Below are positions 60,158-64,000 of a DNA stretch of 64,000 nucleotides, piece by piece. Source of the DNA: Patellaria atrata CBS 101060. Its lineage: Eukaryota. The notes below the pieces were generated by a model. It saw nothing but the letters and a program-made list of their open reading frames with translations. It was not told where the DNA came from and searched no databases. Where the stretch lies: the NCBI GenBank assembly GCA_010093705.1, contig MU006095.1, forward strand, positions 1,359,623 through 1,423,622, read 5' to 3'. Numbering within the stretch: the stretch's first letter is position 1; each line of letters starts with the position of its first letter. The translations under genes were made by a program, and so were the position numbers.

Positions 60158-61807
60158 ATGAATAAATCTTCCAAAGGCAGCAAGCCAGGATCAGTTGCTC
60201 CAGACTTCGCACGTCCTACTATACCGTCAAATCCTGAACCTGAAAAGGAATACAATCTCTCTCACTGCGAGAAAGAGCATGATATAACCGAGAAGGGATG
60301 CATCTCTTCCCAGACCGAAAAGGATGGATCAATCAGTGACCCATCCATCTTAACATCGGGAGATAGTGACTCCAATACCTCTCTTTCATCCAGCGCCCCT
60401 TCACAACATTACGGTGACGATGGAGAATCTCAACAAGAAGAAGTCGTCTACCCGGAAGGCGGGTTGCAAGCATGGCTCGTAGTTCTGGGCTCCTTTCTCG
60501 GAATGTTCGCCTGCTTTGGTCTTATGTAAGTTCCTCCTCGATAACTTTCCCCCTTTCCTCTTCCACTGATGTCTAACACCTCATCTAGGAACTCCATCGG
60601 AATATTTCAAGCTTACCTCATGAGGAACCAGCTCTCTAACTATTCCTCTTCGACTATTGGCTGGGTCTTTTCGCTTTACGTCTTCCTCTCCTTCTTCTGT
60701 GGCATTCAAATCGGCCCTGTCTTCGACAAGCACGGTCCTAAACTACTCCTTTTCTCCGGCTCCGTTTTATTAGTCGCTTCACTCCTGTTGTTAGGCCTAT
60801 GCAAAGAACTTTGGCACTTTATGCTTACCTTTGGTGTTCTCGCGGGATTGGGGACGTCATTGATCTTCACCCCCGCGGTGTCCGCGATCGGGCATTTCTT
60901 CATGCGAAAAAGGGGCAACGCTACTGGTTTGGCTGCCGCAGGAGGGTCAACTGGAGGCGTCGTGTTCCCGCTCATGTTGCAGAAATTGCTACCTGCAGTG
61001 GGTTTTGCATGGACCACCCGTATCTTAGGCTTTATCTTCATCGGTTTCTGCGGAGCTTGCGTGCTTCTGGTCCGCTCCCGCCTTCCACCCTCTCCAGGTG
61101 GCAATGTGAAACCGGACATCCGGATCTTTAGAGATAAGGCTTTCGCGCTCGCCACGGCGGGCGTGTTCGCGATGGAATGGGGTCTGTTCATCCCGATCAC
61201 ATATCTCACGTCCTATGCCCTCTCCACTGGCGCGATGAGCGAACAATTTAGTTACCAACTTCTTGCGCTCCTGAATGCAGGTAGCTGTGTCGGACGTTGG
61301 GCACCTGGATGGGTAGCGGACCGATGGGGAAGATTCAACACTATGGTTCTCATGCTTCTACTCTGCCTTATCTCCACCTTAGCTCTCTGGCTACCCGCAA
61401 CCGTCTTGTCCGCCTCCTCCTCCTCCTTCACAGAGGGAATAGACCACACCCTCCCCCACCGTCGTGACACTACCGACGGTTCCGCCACGCACTCAGTAAT
61501 CACCCCACTCCTGATCGTGTACACCCTCATCTTCGGCCTCGCTTCTGGCTCTAACATCTCCCTCACTCCCGTCTGCGTCGGTCAGCTCTGCCGCACGGAG
61601 GAATATGGGAGGTACTATGCTACGTGCTATGCTGCCGTCTCCATCGGGACCCTGACCGGTATTCCAATCGCGGGTGCTGTGCTGGCGGCGTGTGGAGGGA
61701 ATTATTGGGGTGTTGCCGTTTTCACAGGGGGTTGTTATTTGGCGAGTGTGATATGTTTTCTTGGGGCTAGGGCTGTGCGGGTGGGTTGGGGATGGGAGAT
61801 GTTTTAG
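60158..61807 (+). CDS. MFS transporter, monocarboxylate porter family (Mch5-like)
   Basis: [16 protein letters not shown], intron 60526-60588 ([11 protein letters not shown]), [33 protein letters not shown]; about 12 TM segments. Confidence 0.92.
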
Positions 61808-62203
61808 GGGAAAGAAGAGCAAGGTGTGTGCTGATGTGGGTTATTTCTAGGGTTTTCGAACATGATATTCACGCTCTTAATGTTGTTATGAAGGTAAAAC
61901 GGGCTGTTTCCCAATCTCTTTAGTCTTGGCTATGTTATATTGCCTTTTATGATTTAGCACTGGCGTTTCTATACTGTATGCACGCATTCCATCGGCGTAC
62001 TTTTCTCGGTATGAGAGTGCGGATGTACAGCATCGTAACTATAACTAGACGATTTGATAATACTAAACAATGTGAATAGATGACGGTGAAAGGAGTTTAT
62101 CAATTTGTGACAAAGGAGACAGGGGTCGAGAGGCTCCCACGTGACCCCGCGTAAACCTGGAAAACCTTCGAGACTAGAGTTTACAGCGCTTCTAAAAATC
62201 ATC

Positions 62204-63003
62204 ATGGCTAATCTTCGTGTTGCAGCAGAGGTTGCAGCTAGAGCAGTCCATCTCAAAATATTCCCACGACCAGCAGATATCGCAGAAAGCAGAGAGGTCC
62301 TCCGAGTGCTCCAATACTACGGCGAGGTTGAAACGTACCGGAACCTTCGCGTAAGAACTCTTCCCCAACGCACAGTTCGACGGTTGACGATTCCATACAG
62401 TATGAGAGATCATATCCCGCTCCTAACTCAGCATTAGCTATTTTCCAGGATGCCGCAGCTGCCCGTCGACTGTTAAAAGCGTCCCCGGTCCGCTTTAGTC
62501 TCGAGCCCATTCAGCAGGGCCATGAAATTACAGACAAAAGCAACGAAGATGAGGTTAATGATATAGGTGTAGGACATGAAGGGGTGGCGACTACAAAACA
62601 TGATGCTGCGGACGGAGCAGACTTAGCTCAAAGTGCATCATCGAACGTAGTCTCATCAGCTGAAGAAGCTAAATCCAGCCTCAAGTCACGACAGTTCAAG
62701 CTTATAGCTGATCTTTCTACCACCAACCATCTGGATCATATCGTCTGGACATCGCCGTATCAGGGCAGCTACAAATATACTTCTGGGCTCATACAAGATG
62801 ATCTTGCAAAGAGGGTACCATTAAGGGCTCTTGCGGAGATTGAGTTAGATCGCCCCTCAACACCAGCTCGACTGCAGCGGAAGGCGGAAGAAAGACTGAG
62901 AAAGAGGAAGACGTTGAGACAGTTAGCAGAGGAACAATACAAACCGCCACCTTGGGAGACTACGATCCCTCAAGACCGGGTTAATAATATGGAACCCGAA
63001 TAG
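62204..63003 (+). CDS. Conserved hypothetical protein with RRM-like N-terminus
   Basis: ATG 62204; intron 62351-62400 joins AVHLKIFPRP..ESREVLRVLQYYGEVETYRNLR to YERSYPAPNSALAIFQD and continues in frame into ORF 62584..63003. Confidence 0.75.
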
Positions 63004-64000
63004 AAAGCAGACTCAGAAGACGCCCACTTTTAGCTCAGTTCGTCCAGTCCCTACTGCTAGCTGTGGTGGAAATCATTGGGTTCTGGCCTCATTGAAGGTA
63101 GTTAAGGACGATAAACTTTAGCTCAAATATCATGAGAAGTCCAAGTCACCGCATGTCCGCTTATTCCGGATCTATCATGTACTCGAATATCTGCAGTTTA
63201 TGAGCGGGCCAAATTGTGAGAACCTCTCAAGGCTCGATATTCAGCACGTCCCTCACATCTAATACGAATACTGCACTACATTGTCGTACTGTACAACGAA
63301 GTTTAGTATGGTTTCAGTCCTTATCTGAGAGATTGGAGATGAAAACCAGAGGAGGATAATCAGTGCTGCGGCGAAAGAGCACATGGATAGCTTTCACGAG
63401 GTGTGCAGCACATCGATTCGTATAATCAGCTAGTAAAGGAATGTCCAAGATGTGGAAGCAATCGTTCAAGGCTTAAAGGCTTAAAGGGGCCGCAAAGAAC
63501 GAGACAGAGTGTATCATCTTGAAGGCACTTTTTCTACCTTTGAGATTTGGTTACTCTAGATCTATTTTAACGTGCAAGTACTGTACAGTACAGGTACAAG
63601 CACAGTACAGTACCAAGTAGCACATTGCAGTAGTACTATACTGTACGAGTATGTCCACATCGCTAACTCTTCTCCGCTGTACAGGTGGTTTGTATAGTAC
63701 TTGTACAGTACAGTAGGTCATCGAGGATCCCCTTCAGCACATGTGATTAAGGAGATGCGTAAGGAGGCTACTTAGAGGAAGTAACTTAGGAATACCTAAT
63801 AAGGTAGTTCATTTAGGGCTAGCTTTTACACCTTCCTATTTGAGATTTCGCATCCGACCCGTCCGTATGCTATCCCTTCGAACTTTGAAGTTATTGTGTT
63901 TTACCAAATGCCAGGCCATTCTCACAGCACCTGTAGTTGACCTTCATACGCTCCGCGGCTTCGTCGCACCGTCCGACAATTTGCTCTACTGTAACTATTC

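Overview
Gene-dense window of a filamentous ascomycete genome (Pezizomycotina; the short GT-AG introns with CTRAY-like branch sites and the gene set fit Dothideomycetes, but the class is not certain). About 20 protein-coding genes can be modelled. Most are ordinary: PPIL4/Cyp6 cyclophilin-RRM, two Zn2Cys6 factors, a SPRY protein, RPB2, MCR1, the CCC2 Cu-ATPase, a ferric reductase, RPA43, a membrane DnaJ protein, a calpain-like protease, a HET-domain protein and an MFS transporter. The stand-out region is a ~17 kb four-gene block (17407-34251) between RPB2 and MCR1. It holds three very large proteins of unknown function (~1377 aa, 1129 aa, and a ~1700 aa DUF6603-type protein) plus an ~818 aa tyrosinase lacking a signal peptide. 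The four genes form two head-to-head pairs whose short intergenic regions share collinear motifs at near-identical spacing. I interpret this as a co-regulated, possibly bacterially derived multi-protein system (toxin-, delivery- or lipid-channel-like) with an embedded copper oxidase; the function is inference. No tRNA, rRNA, CRISPR array or intact transposon was seen. Exon coordinates were read by eye and no database searches were run.
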